The notes: a model not told the origin generated them from the letters alone. A stretch of 64,000 nt of DNA from an uncultured Clostridiaceae bacterium (GCA_948444845.1 CAOJVB010000005.1:3779-67778), one strand, 5' to 3'; shown: positions 21,904-32,946, counted from the stretch's first letter. Numbers and translations: made by a program.

Positions 21904-23172
21904 ATGAAATTAATACAAAGTACAAAAATAAAAGAAAAAGCCTATATAGAAAAACTAAAAAATGGCTTAACAGTTATAATAATTCCAAAAGAAAACACAA
22001 AAAAGAAATATGTAATATGGGGAACACATTTTGGTTCAATAGATAATAGGTTTATAATGCCAAAAACAGGAGAGGAAGTATTTGTACCAGATGGAGTAGC
22101 GCACTTCTTAGAACACAAAATGTTCGAACAGGAAAATGGGAAAAATAGCTTAGATGTATTAATGTCATTAGGAGTAGATGCAAATGCATATACAACAAAT
22201 AACCATACAGCATATCTTTTTGAAACAACAAATAACTTTTATGAAGCCCTTGACGAATTAATGGACTATGTACAACATCCATATTTTACAGACGAAAATG
22301 TAGAAAAAGAAAAAGGAATAATAGCACAAGAAATAGGAATGTATGATGACGATCCAGGATGGCAATTATATATGAATGCATTAGACTGCATGTATAAAGA
22401 AAATGCAATAAAAATAGATATAGCAGGAACAGTAGAATCTATAAGTAAAATAGATAAAGATGTTTTATATAAATGTTATAATACATTTTACAACCCATCA
22501 AACATGGCACTAGTAGTATGTGGAGAATTTAATCCAGAAGAAATATTACAAGAAATAAAAAATAGAATAGTAGAAAAAGAAAATCAAACAGAAATAAAAA
22601 GAATATATCCAGAAAGTGAAAAAGGAATAAATAAAAAATATAAAGAAACAAAAATGCAAGTAAGCCAACCAATATTTTTAATAGGTTTTAAAGATGAAAA
22701 TTTAGGAAAAGATAAAATAAAAAAGCATATAGCTACAGAAATACTAATGAATATGCTAGTAGGGAAAAGTTCAGCATTTTATCAAAAAATGTATGATGAA
22801 GGACTATTATTAGCACCATTAGACATGGACTATGAATTCACTAATAACTATGCACATGTAATGTTAACAGGTCAATCTAAAGATCCCAAAAAAGTACAAG
22901 AAGAGTTATTAAAAGAAATAGATAATTTAAAACAACATATTGATAATGAATATTTTGAAAGAATAAAAAAGAAGGTATATGGAGATTACGTAGTAGAATA
23001 TAATAGTGTTGCAGATATTGCAAGAATGTTTTTATCAGATTATTTCAAAGGAGTAAATTCATTTGACTATATTGAACAATATAATGAAGTAAGCATAGAA
23101 TATGCGAAAGAAATTTTGAATGAAATATTTGATGAAAAAAATTGCATATTGTCGGTCGTAGACATAAAATGA
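21904..23172 (+). CDS. ymfH: M16 family zinc peptidase (YmfH-like)
   Basis: PDGVAHFLEHKMF (HxxEH), NAYTT, VEKEKGII.QEI.MYDD. Confidence 0.9.
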   Translation: MKLIQSTKIKEKAYIEKLKNGLTVIIIPKENTKKKYVIWGTHFGSIDNRFIMPKTGEEVFVPDGVAHFLEHKMFEQENGKNSLDVLMSLGVDANAYTTNNHTAYLFETTNNFYEALDELMDYVQHPYFTDENVEKEKGIIAQEIGMYDDDPGWQLYMNALDCMYKENAIKIDIAGTVESISKIDKDVLYKCYNTFYNPSNMALVVCGEFNPEEILQEIKNRIVEKENQTEIKRIYPESEKGINKKYKETKMQVSQPIFLIGFKDENLGKDKIKKHIATEILMNMLVGKSSAFYQKMYDEGLLLAPLDMDYEFTNNYAHVMLTGQSKDPKKVQEELLKEIDNLKQHIDNEYFERIKKKVYGDYVVEYNSVADIARMFLSDYFKGVNSFDYIEQYNEVSIEYAKEILNEIFDEKNCILSVVDIK

Positions 23173-23329
23173 AACATGCTGTCGAAAAATGCTAAAAAAG
23201 GTAAAAAACAGTAATACGAAAGTTACCAAAAACGCCTAAAATTGGCGTTTTTTTATTGACTAAAATGTAAAAATATGGTATTTTAATATTATACAAAAGA
23301 AAAAAATACAAAAAAAGGAGAGATGTTAT

Positions 23330-23497
23330 ATGTTAAATGATGAAATTTGTAAATTAAGAGAAAAACTAAACCAAAGCATAATAAACGGTGAGGATTACAA
23401 TATAACATACAAACTAAGCATAGAATTAGATGAATTAATAGCAAAGTACTATAGAGAAGATATAACAAAGCAAAATAAAGGAAAAAGTAAAAAATGA
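23330..23497 (+). CDS. Spo0E-like aspartyl-phosphate phosphatase (55 aa, not in the ORF track)
   Basis: MLNDEICKLREKLNQSI...YKLSIELDELIAKYY; AAGGAG RBS; TGTCGAA box at 23180. Confidence 0.75.
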   Translation: MLNDEICKLREKLNQSIINGEDYNITYKLSIELDELIAKYYREDITKQNKGKSKK

Positions 23498-23596
23498 AAT
23501 AATGAATGCTCTAACAAAAGTAAAATAGAAAAATTTACAATATAAAAAGAATGGAAATGACCATTCTTTTTTTCTTTTATTATGATTGTAAAAAGT

Positions 23597-23800
23597 TTAA
23601 CTAAAAATGTCAAGTATAAAGCCAATAATACTAAAAATAAAGCAGACAATTTTAATTAATATAAATAGAGCGAGTAATACCAACATAGGGATTGTAATAA
23701 AAACCAAAATACTGTTAAATAACAAGTTGAATACAGCTAAAGCTATAGAAGTAATTACAAACCAAATAACCTCGACTATGATCATATAGTATACCTCCAA
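23597..23800 (-). CDS. small hydrophobic membrane protein
   Basis: Two TM-like segments; GGAGG RBS inside the 5' part implies a slightly later start. Confidence 0.5.
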   Translation of the reverse strand: MEVYYMIIVEVIWFVITSIALAVFNLLFNSILVFITIPMLVLLALFILIKIVCFIFSIIGFILDIFS

Positions 23801-23957
23801 AAGTATTAATAAAAGAACTCAACTAATAGTTACAAAATAATTATACTATAAAATGTAAATATAATCAAATTTAATAAAACGAGAAGAAAAATGTTGAAAA
23901 ACATAAAAAAGTAAGATATAATTAAATAAGAACTAGAAAATGAAACGGAGGAAACAA

Positions 23958-24449
23958 ATGAAAACAAAAAGAATTATAAAAATAGTATATATGCTAATTA
24001 TGCTAACAATTTTATTAGCTCCAGTTAGTAATGTAAAAGCAATTGTAACGAGCTGCCCTTCTTGCAATGGAAGTGGACAAAAATATGACACTAAGTCAAG
24101 TAAGTTTGTTACATGCCAAACATGTAGTGGAACAGGAAAAGTAGGTTCGCCTTCATCAGGAGCAGCAGCTATAAATCCAGGAGATTATAAACCAAATGAC
24201 TTAACAGCATTAGACTATCAAAAACCATTTGACTTTGCAAAAACGATACTAACTGCTGTAACGATAACAGGAGTTGTAATATGTGTTGTAACAGTTATGT
24301 ATTTAGGAATGAAATATATGGCAGGAAGTGTAGAAGAAAAAGCAGAATACAAAAAAACTATGATTCCTATAATAGTAGGAATGATAATGTTAGTTTGTAC
24401 AAGCACATTTGTATCAATAATATATGATATAGTGAGACAACTAAATTAA
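23958..24449 (+). CDS. TrbC/VirB2-like pilin 1 with a DnaJ-type zinc-finger insert
   Basis: Signal peptide, CPSCNGSG...CQTCSGTG, two TM helices around GMKYMAGSVEEKAEYKKTMIP. Confidence 0.75.
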   Translation: MKTKRIIKIVYMLIMLTILLAPVSNVKAIVTSCPSCNGSGQKYDTKSSKFVTCQTCSGTGKVGSPSSGAAAINPGDYKPNDLTALDYQKPFDFAKTILTAVTITGVVICVVTVMYLGMKYMAGSVEEKAEYKKTMIPIIVGMIMLVCTSTFVSIIYDIVRQLN

Positions 24450-24470
24450 ACATTGGAAGGAAATAGAAAT

Positions 24471-24923
24471 ATGATAAAAGGTAAATATAAAATATTAACA
24501 ACCATATTAATAATTATTACCCTAGTAATGGTAGCAATACCAACAAAAGCTATTAATAATAATGAAAAAGGTTATCAAAATGAAGAAATACTTACTTTAA
24601 CAGTAGCAGAAAGGTCAACAGCAGGAAAAGTTATAGGAGATGGCGATTCATTTATACAAAAAGGAAATGACAAAGCAAGCGATATATTTTCTAAAGAAGA
24701 ATTGCAAGATTTATCAAGTACAATATATAATATTTTACTAGTAATAGGAATAGTAATTGCTGTATTATTAGGGGCAATATTAGGAATAAAGTTTATGCTA
24801 GAAGGAGCAGAAGGAAAAGCAGAAGTACAAAAAGCACTAGTACCTTATGTTATAGGCTGTATAGTAATATTTGGGGCATTTACAATATGGAAAATAGTAG
24901 TTACTGTATTACAAGGTTTATAA
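24471..24923 (+). CDS. TrbC/VirB2-like pilin 2
   Basis: Signal peptide; TM-GIKFMLEGAEGKAEVQKALVPY-TM. Confidence 0.75.
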   Translation: MIKGKYKILTTILIIITLVMVAIPTKAINNNEKGYQNEEILTLTVAERSTAGKVIGDGDSFIQKGNDKASDIFSKEELQDLSSTIYNILLVIGIVIAVLLGAILGIKFMLEGAEGKAEVQKALVPYVIGCIVIFGAFTIWKIVVTVLQGL

Positions 24924-25037
24924 CATAAAAATAGCAAAAAAACAAAAAAATAGTAAAAAACAGTTGAAAAATAGTTAAATATATATTATAATTAAAATAG
25001 AAATGAAAATTTAATGAAAATTTTAAGGAGGAAAATT

Positions 25038-25407
25038 ATGAAAAAACAAATTAAAATATTATCTATAATATTATTAGTTGTTATGGTATTAGCAACATTA
25101 ACAACTGTAGTAACAGCAGCACCAGACTTAAGTGCACAAATAAAAGACATGGCAAATGGTACAGGAAAACAACCAACAGAAGTTGTTAATTTAGGTAAAA
25201 CAATAGTAACAATTATGCAAACAGTACGGAATAGTAGTTGCAGTAGTTGTATTGTTAATATTAGGTGTTAAATATATGATAGGAAGTGCAGAAGAAAAAG
25301 CAGAATACAAAAAGACAATGATACCATACCTAGTTGGTGCAATACTAATATTTGCTTCAACAACAATAGTAAATGTTGTATACAATATAGCAAATTCATT
25401 TAACTAA
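25038..25407 (+). CDS. TrbC/VirB2-like pilin 3, continuous via a +1 shift at CGGA (25227-25230)
   Basis: After skipping C25227: QTV-G-IVVAVVVLLILGVKYMIGSAEEKAEYKKTMIPYL..., matching pilin 1; 122 aa. Confidence 0.85.
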
Positions 25408-25599
25408 GAATATAAAAAAGCAGTATAAACTTACTGCTTTTTTACAATTTTATAACAACCATATTACAAATACATTAAAAATGCATAAAAATGCATTTTT
25501 TTTTGTTTTTTTGTTACATTTTATGACTTTATCTGTTATAATATAATCAAGTGTAATTATAACTAATTAAACAAAAGCAAAAATAGGAGGAGGGCTTAT

Positions 25600-25941
25600 A
25601 TGGGAACATATAATATACCTAGAAATGTTAAAGGTGAAGGAAGAATTTTATTTGTATTTTCAGGAAAAAGTATGATTTATACAATGATAGGAGGAGCTTT
25701 GGGGTTGCCACTATACTTTATTTGCTCAGCCCTTAGGTTAACAATTGTAGGAATTATACTAATAGGAGTATTGGCACTAATAGGTTTTGCAATAGGGACA
25801 TTTAAAATACCAACAATCTCACTACTTAAATTTACTAAAAAAGTAGGAGGAGAAAATATAGATGACATAATAAAAAGAGCGATAATGTTTAAGAAAAACG
25901 GAAGTAAAATATATATAAGCACTAAGGAGGAAGAGAAATAA
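25600..25941 (+). CDS. PrgI/VirB3-like membrane protein
   Basis: Y.IPRNVKGE.RI N-terminus, two TM helices, upstream of VirB4. Confidence 0.7.
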   Translation: MGTYNIPRNVKGEGRILFVFSGKSMIYTMIGGALGLPLYFICSALRLTIVGIILIGVLALIGFAIGTFKIPTISLLKFTKKVGGENIDDIIKRAIMFKKNGSKIYISTKEEEK

Positions 25942-27149
25942 TGGATAGTATAAAACTATTAACGATGATTTTAATGATAATACTAGGAATAATGCTAATG
26001 TTATTAATTGTATTAGGAATAGTATTCATAACTTCTAAAATGAACAAAAAAGAAGAAAATGAAATAAAAAACGTACAAAATAATAATACAGCACCTAAAA
26101 CTAAGAAATTTAAAGAATATAGAACAGCTTCTGTTTTAAACTTTATGGAATTTGACACAATAGTAGATAATATGATTTCTCAAAAAGATGGAAAAAGATA
26201 CATAATGGTTGTAGAGTGCCAAGGAATTAACTATGACTTAATGTCAGAAGTAGAAAAAAACTCAGTAGAAGAAGGTTTTATACAATTTTTAAATACTTTA
26301 AGACATCCAGTACAAATATATACACAAACAAGAACAATAAACTTAAGTAGTAGTATAGAAACATATAAGGAAAAAGTAAAAGAAATACAAGAAGCATTAG
26401 AAAAACAACAATTAAACTATAAGCAAATGTTAAAAGCAGGTACATATACACAAGAACAACTAAACAAAGCATATTTTGAATTAACAAAGCAAAAAAACTT
26501 ATATGAATATGGAAAAGACATTATATATTCAACAGAAAGAATGAGCTCAAATAAAAATGTATTAAATAAAAAATATTATGTAGTAATACCTTATTTTGTA
26601 GAAGAACTAGGAGAGAACTCTTTTGACAAAGAAGAACAAAGGAATTTAGCATTTTCAGAATTATATACAAGAGCGCAATCAGTTGTAAGAACATTAAGTG
26701 TATGTGGAATAAACTCTAGAATTATGAATTCTAATGAACTAGTTGAACTACTATATGTAGCATATAACCGTGATGAAGCAGAAGTATATGGCTTAGATAA
26801 AGCACTAAAGGCAGGATATGATGAACTATATTCAACAGCACCTGATGTAATAGACAAGCAAATGAAAGCTTTAGACAAACAAATAGAAGAAGAAGCATTA
26901 GAACTTGCAGAGCAAAAAGTTACACAAGCAAGAAGTGAAAAACAAAAAATGTTAGCAGAAAAAAGGTTAAAAAAGAGAGACTTAATAGGAGAACTTGCAG
27001 AATTAATGATAAAACAAAATACACAAGCTATAGGTAAAGATATAGCAAAAGAGGCAATAGAAAAAATAAAAGAAGAAACTAAAGAAGAAGGAGGAAAAGG
27101 AAGTGGCAAAGAAAAACAAAAACGAGTTAGAAAAACAAAAACAGCTTAA
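25941..27149 (+). CDS. membrane-anchored T4SS-associated protein
   Basis: TM anchor; GINYDLMS..EK...F.QFLNTL..PVQI resembles PrgI-associated domains; coiled-coil tail. Confidence 0.6.
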   Translation: MDSIKLLTMILMIILGIMLMLLIVLGIVFITSKMNKKEENEIKNVQNNNTAPKTKKFKEYRTASVLNFMEFDTIVDNMISQKDGKRYIMVVECQGINYDLMSEVEKNSVEEGFIQFLNTLRHPVQIYTQTRTINLSSSIETYKEKVKEIQEALEKQQLNYKQMLKAGTYTQEQLNKAYFELTKQKNLYEYGKDIIYSTERMSSNKNVLNKKYYVVIPYFVEELGENSFDKEEQRNLAFSELYTRAQSVVRTLSVCGINSRIMNSNELVELLYVAYNRDEAEVYGLDKALKAGYDELYSTAPDVIDKQMKALDKQIEEEALELAEQKVTQARSEKQKMLAEKRLKKRDLIGELAELMIKQNTQAIGKDIAKEAIEKIKEETKEEGGKGSGKEKQKRVRKTKTA

Positions 27150-29070
27150 TAATGATTATACAAATCCAGATGAATATCAAATATTAAAAAAGAAAACTAT
27201 AAAAGAATTAATTGCACCAGCTGGAATAGATGCAAGTAATATAGACCATTTGGAAATAATATCAAACATTACAAGGTATGCAAGAAGTTTTTATGTATCA
27301 ACACTTCCAAGAATGGCAACATTCCCAGAACTATTTAGAGATATGTACATGTTTGGTGATATAAATACATCAATATACATAAACCCAATAGCAGAATCTA
27401 GGTCACAAAATGAATTAAATAGAGTTATAAATGAACTAGAAACAGAAAGAATTGTTGCAGCAGATAGAGGAAATATAAATAGAGAAAGTACAATAAGTCA
27501 AAAAAGATGGGAAGCAGAACAATTAAGAGATGAAATAGCAGCAGGATATAACAAACTATTTGAAGCTTCAATAGTATCAACTCTATTTGCATATAGCTTA
27601 GAGGACTTAGACAGATACACAAAACTTTTAGCAACAGAAATGTCTAAAAGTTTAATAGATGTAAAAAGTGCTTGGGGAATGCAAGAAGAAGCATTTAAAA
27701 GTAATATTCCATTAATGGAAAATAAAATAAAAAAAGCACATACATTTGATAGACGTTCAATGGGAACAGTATTCCCATTTACAACTTCAGAAGTAGGACA
27801 CCCAACTGGTGTACCCCTAGGGTTTAATAAGCAAACAGGAGTACCAATTTTGTTCGATAACTTTCATAGTTCTCTTACAAATTATAATATGGTTATATTT
27901 GCAAAATCTGGTGCTGGTAAATCAGTTACAATGAAAACATTAATTTCACGTAGTGCAGTATTAATGGGAATACAAAGTTTAGCACTAGATGCAGAAGGGG
28001 AATATTCAATAGTTGCAGAAAGTTTAGGTGGAATAAATGTTGTAATAAGTCCAACATCACAAACAGTAATAAACCTTTTTGATATAGAAGCAGAAGTAGT
28101 AAAAGATGAAATAACAGGAAAATCTAGAAGTGTAGTAAATGTAGAAAACAAAGTAGAAGACGTAACACAAGCTCTACTTACTATGGCAAGAGGTAGTACA
28201 AGAAGTAAAGAAGTAAATGAGCTTACAAAACAAATTATTTCAGAATCTGTTTTAGAAGAATATTCTGACGCCAAAATTACTAGTGATCCAAACAGTTTAT
28301 ATGATTCAAATGGTATAAATACAGAAAATTCATTAGGAAGACCAAAAAAACAAATGCCAACAATAGGTTCATGGTATAAAAGAATACTTCGTAAAGCAGA
28401 AGAAAATACAAATGTAGACTACCAATTCCATTATAGTTATTTAATAAAAGTTATGAAACAATATGTAAGAGAATATAACGGACAAATGGCATACTTTGAT
28501 GGGCAATCTACTTTTGACTTATTAGATGGAACATTATTTATAAATTTAGATATATCAGGCTTGGAAGAAAGGTTTGCGAGACCTTTAGCACAACAAATAT
28601 TACTTTCATGGATATGGGAAAAATATGTTAAGAAAAACAGTGAAGACAGAAGCAAAGCATATAAGAAAAGAGTTTTAGTAGATGAGGCATGGATGTTACT
28701 TCCATACCCAGAAGCCGTAGACTTTTTAAACACAATGGCACGTCGTGCCAGAAAGAGAAATGTTTCGTTAGCAATTATTTCACAAAGATTCCAAGACTTT
28801 TACGAAAAACCAGAAGCACAAGCAGTATTAACATCATCAGATACAAAACTATTTTTAGCACAAGATAAATCCGAAATACAATATTTAAAAGAAGTCTTCA
28901 AACTAAGTTCAGGAGAATCAGGCTTCTTAGTTACATGCCAAAAAGGTGAAGGACTATTAAAAGTAGGAGCAGACACAGCAATAATACAGATAAGACCAAC
29001 ACAAAAAGAGTTTGAATTTGTTGAAACAAACTTAAATAAGTTGGTAAATATGAATAGAAATCAATACTAG
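27103..29070 (+). CDS. VirB4-like ATPase
   Basis: NMVIFAKSGAGKS Walker A, LD.EGEY, VLVDEAW Walker B, RRARKRN, ISQ. Confidence 0.9.
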   Translation: MAKKNKNELEKQKQLNNDYTNPDEYQILKKKTIKELIAPAGIDASNIDHLEIISNITRYARSFYVSTLPRMATFPELFRDMYMFGDINTSIYINPIAESRSQNELNRVINELETERIVAADRGNINRESTISQKRWEAEQLRDEIAAGYNKLFEASIVSTLFAYSLEDLDRYTKLLATEMSKSLIDVKSAWGMQEEAFKSNIPLMENKIKKAHTFDRRSMGTVFPFTTSEVGHPTGVPLGFNKQTGVPILFDNFHSSLTNYNMVIFAKSGAGKSVTMKTLISRSAVLMGIQSLALDAEGEYSIVAESLGGINVVISPTSQTVINLFDIEAEVVKDEITGKSRSVVNVENKVEDVTQALLTMARGSTRSKEVNELTKQIISESVLEEYSDAKITSDPNSLYDSNGINTENSLGRPKKQMPTIGSWYKRILRKAEENTNVDYQFHYSYLIKVMKQYVREYNGQMAYFDGQSTFDLLDGTLFINLDISGLEERFARPLAQQILLSWIWEKYVKKNSEDRSKAYKKRVLVDEAWMLLPYPEAVDFLNTMARRARKRNVSLAIISQRFQDFYEKPEAQAVLTSSDTKLFLAQDKSEIQYLKEVFKLSSGESGFLVTCQKGEGLLKVGADTAIIQIRPTQKEFEFVETNLNKLVNMNRNQY

Positions 29071-29086
29071 GAGGAAAAAGTAAGTA

Positions 29087-31927
29087 ATGAACATATTTAC
29101 AAAAAAAGGCACAGTACAAAAGACAATAATAGCCATACTTATGGTACTTTGTATTAATTTCATAGTTCCAACTTATTCACATGCAGGTTTCATAGGAGGA
29201 GTATTAATAAACCCATTACTAGATTTAGCAGCATCACTAGGAGATATAGTTGAATCATTATTACAATGGTCAATGACAGGTCAAATGGCAGCAGGACTTA
29301 AATTATCAGACTCTAAGATATTAGTAGATCAAGGAGATAATAGAATAGTATATGGAGCAGGAAACTCAACTATAAGTGTATCAAAAAATGAACTTGAATT
29401 AGGATGGCTTACTAAGACTAATGTTTATCAAGTACCAATTATAGAATATACTCCAGAAGAAATATTTAGTAATAAGATACCATACTTAGATATAAACTTT
29501 ATTAATCCAACATGGACAAAAGATAATAGCCATTATGGAATAGATGGAACAGCCCAAATATTACAAGAAACAATAGCAGGTTGGTATATAGCACTTAGAA
29601 ATTTAGCAATAGTAGGACTTTTATGTGTGCTTGTATATGTAGGAATTAGAATGATGTTATGTAGTACAGCAAGTGACAAAGCAAAATACAAAACAATGTT
29701 TACAGATTGGCTTATAGCGCTTTGTATATTGTTTTTCTTACATTATATAATGTCATTTACCTTAGTAATGGTTGATGCTGTAAATAATGCATTAACAGGT
29801 GGAAATGAATATAAATCACAAAGTGTAGTTATAGATGTAGATGGCGAAAAATATGCGACCAATTTTATGGGGGCTGCAAGATTTATGACACAAAGCAAAG
29901 ATACATATGAAAGATTCGGGTACTTTTTAATATATGCAGCTTTAGTAGTATATACAGCAATATTTACTTTGCACTATTTAAAAAGGCTACTTTCAATGGC
30001 ATTTTTAACTGTAATAGCACCACTTGTAGCACTTACATATCCAATAGATAAAATTGGAGATGGAAAAGCACAGGCATTTAATATGTGGCTTAAAGAATAT
30101 GTATACAATGCATTAATACAACCATTCCATTTAATAATTTATATGATATTTTTAGGTTCAGCAATGGATCTTGCAAAGGTAAATCTAATTTATGCTATAG
30201 TTGCAATAGCTTTTATATTACCAGCAGAGAAGCTACTAAAGAAAATGTTTGGATTTGATAAAGGACCTTTAGGAACAATGGGAGCATTAGCAGGATTTGC
30301 GGCAGGTTCACTATTTTCAAATAAAAAAGGTGCTTCTAACTCAAAAGGTGGAAATACAGGAGGAAGTGCACAAGAAGAAAATAGACCACCTAGGTATGAA
30401 AGACATCATGGAACTGATGGAATAGATTTTGCAGAGAATCACAATGTAGATAGAGGAGGCCCACAAGGTCCAGCAGGTTCAGGAGGAGGTACACAAGGTC
30501 CAGCAGGTTCAGGGGGAGGCCCACAAGGTCCAACTATGCAAGAAGAAGAAATTGTACCACCTGATCCAAGAGGACTACCAGGAGATGATGCAATAGATGT
30601 AGATTATACTGAAGTACCTTTAGGAAGTGCTCCAAATGGGCAAACACAAAATAACTCACAGCAACAAAATGGACCTTTTCAAAGACTTTCAGATGACGAT
30701 GTTGAAGAGTTTGCACCTGAAAGACCTTTAGGAAGTTCCCCAAATGGACAAACACAAAATAACCAAGAACAACAAAATGGACCTTTTCAAAGACTTTCAG
30801 ATGACGATGTAGAAGAATTTGCACCTGAAAGACCTCGAACAATGGAAGACTTTAATTCAAATAGTGAAAGACAAGCTTCAGGTGGTTCTACTCAAGAACC
30901 TAGAGAAAGAGTAAGAAATAATGGAAGACAAGTAGGAAGAATTAGACAAGGAATGCGAAATGTTGCAAATAGTCATGGTGGATATAGGAGAATGATAACT
31001 GGTGGAATAATAAAAGGAGCAAAAACACTAGGTAAGGCATCTAAGTTTACAGCAAAAACAGCATTTACAGCAGCAGGAGCATTAGCGGGTGCTGGAGCAG
31101 GCTTAGCATCAGGAAAAGGTCTTGCAGGAGTGATAGCAGGGGCAACAGCTGGAAAGAATGCAGGACAAAGACTTGGAACTACAATTACAAATGTTCCAGA
31201 GAATTTATATGGCTTAGGAAAAGCAGCTAAAGACAAAGCAGGAAAAGTTATAGCATCAGCACAAAATACTATAGATACATTTAATGGAGATACAAGATTA
31301 GCCGATAAAGCACAAGCAAAAGCATTTATGAAAGATAAAGATACTGAACAATATGTAAGAGATAAGCTAACAGCAGACAATAATGGTAGGGCTCCTTCAG
31401 GAAGACAAGTAAAAGAAGAAATGAATAACATAAAGAGATATGCAGATGAAGGAATGACAGATATATCACAAATTTACAGGGCTAAGAAAGCAGAGAAATT
31501 TGGAGTAGAACCAGAGCAAGCAGCTAAAATTGCACTACTTGCTCAAGATAGAAAGATAACATCTGATGTATTAGGTGATGAGAAGAAATATAAAGCTAAA
31601 CAAGAAGACTTTACACAAGAATTTATAGATAAAGGACTTGACGAAACACAAGCAGCAGCAAAAGCAGATTACATATTAAATGTAATGAAAGCACAAGTTG
31701 GACAAAGGCATAATTTGGGTGGAGGAAATACTGGACCTAGAAGTCAAGCACAAAATAATGCACCTGATAGAGAAACTACAAGAAGAGGCCCAAGAACACA
31801 AAATGCTAACCCTGGTGCAGGACCAACAAGTGGAGGCCCAAGAACACAAAATGGTAATAATGGAAGAAGAAGAGGACGCCCAAGAACTCAAAACAACAAC
31901 CAAGATCCAAATGATCCAAATAATTAA
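29087..31927 (+). CDS. VirB6/TrbL-like polytopic membrane protein with a long repetitive cytoplasmic tail
   Basis: Multi-TM core (LKRL..AFL..IAP.VA..YP), Gly/Gln/Pro-rich tail with tandem repeats. Confidence 0.72.
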   Translation: MNIFTKKGTVQKTIIAILMVLCINFIVPTYSHAGFIGGVLINPLLDLAASLGDIVESLLQWSMTGQMAAGLKLSDSKILVDQGDNRIVYGAGNSTISVSKNELELGWLTKTNVYQVPIIEYTPEEIFSNKIPYLDINFINPTWTKDNSHYGIDGTAQILQETIAGWYIALRNLAIVGLLCVLVYVGIRMMLCSTASDKAKYKTMFTDWLIALCILFFLHYIMSFTLVMVDAVNNALTGGNEYKSQSVVIDVDGEKYATNFMGAARFMTQSKDTYERFGYFLIYAALVVYTAIFTLHYLKRLLSMAFLTVIAPLVALTYPIDKIGDGKAQAFNMWLKEYVYNALIQPFHLIIYMIFLGSAMDLAKVNLIYAIVAIAFILPAEKLLKKMFGFDKGPLGTMGALAGFAAGSLFSNKKGASNSKGGNTGGSAQEENRPPRYERHHGTDGIDFAENHNVDRGGPQGPAGSGGGTQGPAGSGGGPQGPTMQEEEIVPPDPRGLPGDDAIDVDYTEVPLGSAPNGQTQNNSQQQNGPFQRLSDDDVEEFAPERPLGSSPNGQTQNNQEQQNGPFQRLSDDDVEEFAPERPRTMEDFNSNSERQASGGSTQEPRERVRNNGRQVGRIRQGMRNVANSHGGYRRMITGGIIKGAKTLGKASKFTAKTAFTAAGALAGAGAGLASGKGLAGVIAGATAGKNAGQRLGTTITNVPENLYGLGKAAKDKAGKVIASAQNTIDTFNGDTRLADKAQAKAFMKDKDTEQYVRDKLTADNNGRAPSGRQVKEEMNNIKRYADEGMTDISQIYRAKKAEKFGVEPEQAAKIALLAQDRKITSDVLGDEKKYKAKQEDFTQEFIDKGLDETQAAAKADYILNVMKAQVGQRHNLGGGNTGPRSQAQNNAPDRETTRRGPRTQNANPGAGPTSGGPRTQNGNNGRRRGRPRTQNNNQDPNDPNN
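30617..30832 (+). repeat. 108-bp tandem duplication inside the VirB6-like gene
   Basis: PLGS.PNGQTQNN.QQQNGPFQRLSDDDVEEFAPER twice; preceded by about 3 G.QGP(AGSG) 30-bp units near 30454-30532. Confidence 0.9.
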
Positions 31928-31979
31928 AAATAAAAAATTTAAAATATAAGTATAATTAAAAAGTGGGAGGCTACCTAAA

Positions 31980-32921
31980 ATGAATAAGATAATAAGAATG
32001 TGGAATCAAAACAGAAAGAAAATTATTATTATAGTATCAATAGTGGTCTTCTTCTTTTTAATTCTTCAAATATTAAATAATATAGCAAAAGAAAATATAA
32101 GACAACAAAATATAGACAACAACATTAGAAACGAAAATACCATGGACGAAAAGATTCCAACAACTTCAATTATTACAGGAGAAAAAGTAGATAAAAATAT
32201 AAGTCAGAACAATTTAGAACTAATACAGGACTTTACAAATAAATGTAATGAAGGAAAAATAGAAGAAGCATATGAGATGCTTTCAGATGAATGTAAAGAA
32301 GTACTGTTCCCAACAGTACAAAAGTTTAAAAATAATTATTATAACGTAATTTTTAAATATATAAGGACAATAAAAGTAGAAAATTATAAAAATTCAAATA
32401 CTACTAATACATATGCTGTAACTTTTTATGAAGATATAATTTCTACAGGAAATATAGGTAAGGCAAATAATTATAAAGACTATATAACAGTAGAAAAAAA
32501 TACAAATAAATTAAATATAAATAGTTTAATAACAAGTAAAAAACTAGAAAGCAAAACTGAAAAACTAGGACTAAAAATAAAAATATTAAGACAAGAAATT
32601 TATATAGACTATGAAATATATAAAATTGAATTTCAAAACAATACTGAAAATACAATATTATTAGATACTCTTAAGAGCTCTAAAAGTATATATTTATTAG
32701 ATAGCAATGATATAAAATATGGTTCATTTACTACAGAAATAGCAGGTAGTTTATTTGAAGTACCTATGTATGGAATGAAAAATTTATCAATTAAATTTAA
32801 TAAAAAATATGAGCCTATAAATAATACTAAAAAAATGGGATTTTCAGATATTATATTAAATTATGAAAAATATAAAGAACAAAATACACAAGAAAGAGAA
32901 AAGATAGAACTAGATTTATAA
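31980..32921 (+). CDS. membrane-anchored hypothetical protein in the T4SS-like locus
   Basis: N-terminal TM; F...CN.G.IEEAYEMLS NTF2-like segment. Confidence 0.65.
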   Translation: MNKIIRMWNQNRKKIIIIVSIVVFFFLILQILNNIAKENIRQQNIDNNIRNENTMDEKIPTTSIITGEKVDKNISQNNLELIQDFTNKCNEGKIEEAYEMLSDECKEVLFPTVQKFKNNYYNVIFKYIRTIKVENYKNSNTTNTYAVTFYEDIISTGNIGKANNYKDYITVEKNTNKLNINSLITSKKLESKTEKLGLKIKILRQEIYIDYEIYKIEFQNNTENTILLDTLKSSKSIYLLDSNDIKYGSFTTEIAGSLFEVPMYGMKNLSIKFNKKYEPINNTKKMGFSDIILNYEKYKEQNTQEREKIELDL

Positions 32922-32946
32922 GGAAAGTCAAATATACTAAAAAGAG

